Of a stretch of DNA of 47,462 nt, positions 44,809-47,462 are shown piece by piece. The translations under genes and the position numbers were made by a program. The notes below the pieces were generated by a model that ran no database searches, was not told the DNA's origin, and saw nothing but the letters and a program-made list of their open reading frames with translations. This stretch comes from Patescibacteria group bacterium (GTDB lineage Bacteria; Patescibacteriota; Minisyncoccia; UBA6257; HR35). Every line of letters begins with the position of its first letter. The stretch's first letter is position 1. The stretch lies in NCBI GenBank assembly GCA_030549895.1, contig JAUQQM010000004.1, positions 1 to 47,462 of the forward strand, read 5' to 3'.

Positions 44809-46335
44809 TCAGTAATAATAAAAGTAGACTTTACAATAAGCTGGTAAATTTTTAAGAATGTAGATCATCTCTGGCATAATTATAAGGGACGTCTGAACTA
44901 GATTTTGATTTGAAAAATATTCTAATTGACTTAGATTAAGATAGAAAGCTTCTTTTTTAATTATTTCATTAATTTCTTTGTATTTTTTTTCTACTTCACT
45001 TTCTTTTGCTTTAAATAGAATCTTAACATAGACATAAAATGGGGGCAAATGTAAATTTTTTCTTTCTTCAAGTAATGAGCTGTAAAAATAATCTGGTTTA
45101 GTGAATTTTTTTAATTTTTGAGGCCAAAATGTAAGAAAGTAAACTTTTTTAGACTTAATTTTAGCAAAACTTATTATTCTAAAAAGTCTTTCACTCACAT
45201 TAAACTGAGGAATTTTCAAAATTTCTTCCGGCTCTATAATTATAGAAACATCGAATTTCCAATCAATAGGTTTTAAAATAACTTCAGTTGAAATTACTAC
45301 TTTTCTTTCTATTTTTTTGAATATATTTTCTAAAACAAGAAAATCTTTCTTATTTTCTTTAAAAAGATAGAAAATACTTCTTTCTAGTTTTTGATTTTTA
45401 AAGATTTTTAAAATTGGGTGATTTTTTCTGTTTACTATCACAAGAGAAGAATTAAAATTTTTAACTATAGAAAGAAGATTTTTTGCTAGTGGTTTTGCTA
45501 AAAGAAATTCATTTTCCCATTGAATAAACTCCTTTTTTTCAGAATAAAATCTTAAACTTGGATTCCAGTCAACATAAACTAAGGGAATATTAAAAGTTTT
45601 AGCGAATTCTTCTAAAAAAATTCTGAAGTCAATTTGAGGGTATCTGAAATTTTGTTGATAAGCTTGACTATTTTCAAAAACAATTATTATCTCTTCTAAT
45701 TCAGGAAAAGGATTTATAAGAGCATTTCCCACTGCTAAAATAGGCTGAGAAAGTTTTTTAGTAAATATCTTTTTTATATTTTCTTCATATTCTTTTTTAT
45801 TTTCTTTTAACAAAACTAAATGATCTATATTTTCTTCTTTTAATTTTTGACTGAAGATAGTCAAACTTAAAGAATCTGGAAAAGCTAAAAGGATATTTTT
45901 ATTTTTAAGATAACTTAAATTTCTGTAAAACTCTTCAAAATTTTCAAATCTCTTTTCAAAAATTCTTTCTCTTGCTCTCCAAAAAATTCCATCTTTAAGA
46001 AACTCTTTAGGAAGGAGGATATTTAAAAAAGCTCCAAGAGGTAGGGCAAATTTTCTACTTACACTTTCAGCTAAATTTAAAAATTTAAGATCTAAAACTT
46101 GGTGGGAATTAACAATTTTATGAATTTGCTTTAAAGGAAAATCAACGGTTTTTTTAAGAATAATCTTTTCTTTATCTAACTTTGAACTTTCTAAAACAAT
46201 ACCTAAAACTTGTTTTTTTCTTAACGGAATTTTAACTAAACTTAAATAGTTATTCTTTACTTTAGAGATATAAATTAAAGAATCTGGAGCTGGTCTTATA
46301 ATTTTTGCTAAGGGGACTACCTTTATAAGATACAT
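44809..46335 (-). CDS. degenerate primosomal protein N' (PriA)-like protein
   Basis: N-terminal 3'-DNA-binding-like LVKIPLRKKQVLGIV; ENSQAYQQ...P..D.R; C-terminal LEER..L.LPPF. No Walker A or Cys clusters visible. Confidence 0.65.
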   Translation of the reverse strand: MYLIKVVPLAKIIRPAPDSLIYISKVKNNYLSLVKIPLRKKQVLGIVLESSKLDKEKIILKKTVDFPLKQIHKIVNSHQVLDLKFLNLAESVSRKFALPLGAFLNILLPKEFLKDGIFWRARERIFEKRFENFEEFYRNLSYLKNKNILLAFPDSLSLTIFSQKLKEENIDHLVLLKENKKEYEENIKKIFTKKLSQPILAVGNALINPFPELEEIIIVFENSQAYQQNFRYPQIDFRIFLEEFAKTFNIPLVYVDWNPSLRFYSEKKEFIQWENEFLLAKPLAKNLLSIVKNFNSSLVIVNRKNHPILKIFKNQKLERSIFYLFKENKKDFLVLENIFKKIERKVVISTEVILKPIDWKFDVSIIIEPEEILKIPQFNVSERLFRIISFAKIKSKKVYFLTFWPQKLKKFTKPDYFYSSLLEERKNLHLPPFYVYVKILFKAKESEVEKKYKEINEIIKKEAFYLNLSQLEYFSNQNLVQTSLIIMPEMIYILKNLPAYCKVYFYYY

Positions 46336-46374
46336 AATTTTAAATTATACACAAGATATGATAAAATTTAATTT

Positions 46375-47178
46375 ATGGATCAATACTTAAAGGAAAAAAT
46401 AGAAAGATTTAAAAGAGAAAAAGGCCATATTATTGAAAATAAATGGTTTCCAAGAGTCACTTCTATTATTGAAGTAAAGGCAAAACCAGGACTTTATAAG
46501 TTTTATGCAGAATCTGTAAGTTTTGAAGAAGCAAACAGAAAAAAGGGTTTAGCGGGAAGCGAAGGAAGTAAAATTCATACAGCCATTGAAAAAATCCTTG
46601 TTGGTGAAGAAATAACTATTGAAAAAGAATTAGAACCATCAATAATAGCTTTTAAAGAGTTTATGAAACAAAATGAAATAATAGCTGATAAAACATATGT
46701 AGAAAAAAGAATTTTAAGTAATCAATTTAAATATACTGGCACATTTGATTTTATAGGATATGTTAATGGAAAGTTTTCTGTAGTTGACATAAAGACTTCC
46801 TCAAGTATTTATAAAGACTATGGTCTTCAAACTTCTGCTTATCTTTACGCTCTTAATGAAGAAGGAAATCTATATGATGAAGGTGGAAGATTTTTTAAAA
46901 AAATTCCAAAAGAAGTAGAAAGTAGATTTATCTTACTTATAAGAAGAAAAAGAATATGTCAAAAGTGTGGGGGAGAGTATATTGTAAGAGCAGGGAGAGA
47001 GCCAAAAATAGAAAATGGTGATCCTAATTGTGAACATCAATTCGGAGAAATTATTGGTGAGTTTGAATTAAAAGAATTCTCAAATCAAAGCTCTGATTTT
47101 AGAGCATTTTTAGCTTGTAAAGATTTATGGGAATGGGAAAATGAATTTTATCTTCGTCAAATTGGATATTTAGATTAA
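46375..47178 (+). CDS. PD-(D/E)xK exonuclease-like protein (phage-type/RecB-Cas4 superfamily)
   Basis: PRVTSII, G..IH..IE, E.......YTGTFD, DIKT, LQ..AY; late CxxC...CxH. Confidence 0.75.
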   Translation: MDQYLKEKIERFKREKGHIIENKWFPRVTSIIEVKAKPGLYKFYAESVSFEEANRKKGLAGSEGSKIHTAIEKILVGEEITIEKELEPSIIAFKEFMKQNEIIADKTYVEKRILSNQFKYTGTFDFIGYVNGKFSVVDIKTSSSIYKDYGLQTSAYLYALNEEGNLYDEGGRFFKKIPKEVESRFILLIRRKRICQKCGGEYIVRAGREPKIENGDPNCEHQFGEIIGEFELKEFSNQSSDFRAFLACKDLWEWENEFYLRQIGYLD

Positions 47179-47194
47179 TTTTATTTGTTTAACT

Positions 47195-47404
47195 TGATTT
47201 AATAATTTTCTAAGTTATAATTTAATTTATGAATTCGCGGAGATATAAGGGTTATAAAATAACACTTATATCTCTGAAAAATTATGAAAAATAAATCATG
47301 ATTTAATAATTTTCTAAGTTATAATTTAATTTATGAATTCGCGGAGATATAAGGGTTATAAAATAACACTTATATCTCTGAAAAATTATGAAAAATAAAT
47401 CATG
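47195..47404 (+). repeat. exact 104-bp tandem duplication containing promoter-like boxes and a hairpin
   Basis: 47195-47298 equals 47299-47402; each copy has TATAAT and GAGATATAAG-g-GTTAT-aaa-ATAAC-a-CTTATATCTC. Confidence 0.92.
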
Positions 47405-47462
47405 GGTGATAGCTATAGGTATTTTGATTCTTATAATTTTAATAGCTATAGCTCTTAAATCA
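47388..47462 (+). CDS. 3'-partial exported/membrane protein
   Basis: MKNKSWVIAIGILILIILIAIALKS runs off the window end. Confidence 0.6.
   Translation, partial: MKNKSWVIAIGILILIILIAIALKS

Noticed and set aside
46375-47404. Cas4-like gene plus downstream repeat as a CRISPR locus
   Set aside because: Only two contiguous 104-bp copies with no spacer; the protein lacks the Cas4 four-Cys arrangement.
1-47462. tRNA, rRNA or riboswitch genes
   Set aside because: No GC-rich structured intergenic segment with recognisable RNA motifs was seen by eye; a covariance-model scan was not possible.

Overview
Very AT-rich bacterial chromosomal window. The gene content and style (Gmad2 fusions, split transketolase, degenerate PriA, mostly no Shine-Dalgarno sites) suggest Patescibacteria/CPR; this is inference. 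The right third is housekeeping (gdh, nth, transketolase, murB, dnaG-rpoD, greA, mnmA, murD, mpg, priA-like). The left two-thirds is accessory-rich: a restriction-modification/nuclease island, a tyrS region punctuated by three identical 18-bp direct repeats and gene relics, a copper P1B-ATPase, a MacAB-like ABC exporter and a CsoR-led operon of Cys/Met/His-rich unknowns. Two things stand out. (1) A GxxExxY (PD-(D/E)xK-like) nuclease domain is inserted in frame in the Cu-ATPase, bracketed by inverted arrays of a GTTCGC micro-repeat. Nuclease-free arrays of the same repeat sit in frame at four more sites in this gene and at one site in another gene about 10 kb away, suggesting a coding-compatible selfish repeat/nuclease system. 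(2) A minimal RiPP locus: an unannotated 59-aa lanthipeptide-like precursor (24470-24649) upstream of a stand-alone LanM dehydratase domain (DUF4135) without cyclase, with a divergent GNAT. Several frameshifts fall in homopolymers and may be assembly errors. All family calls come from motif recognition by eye, not from database searches.
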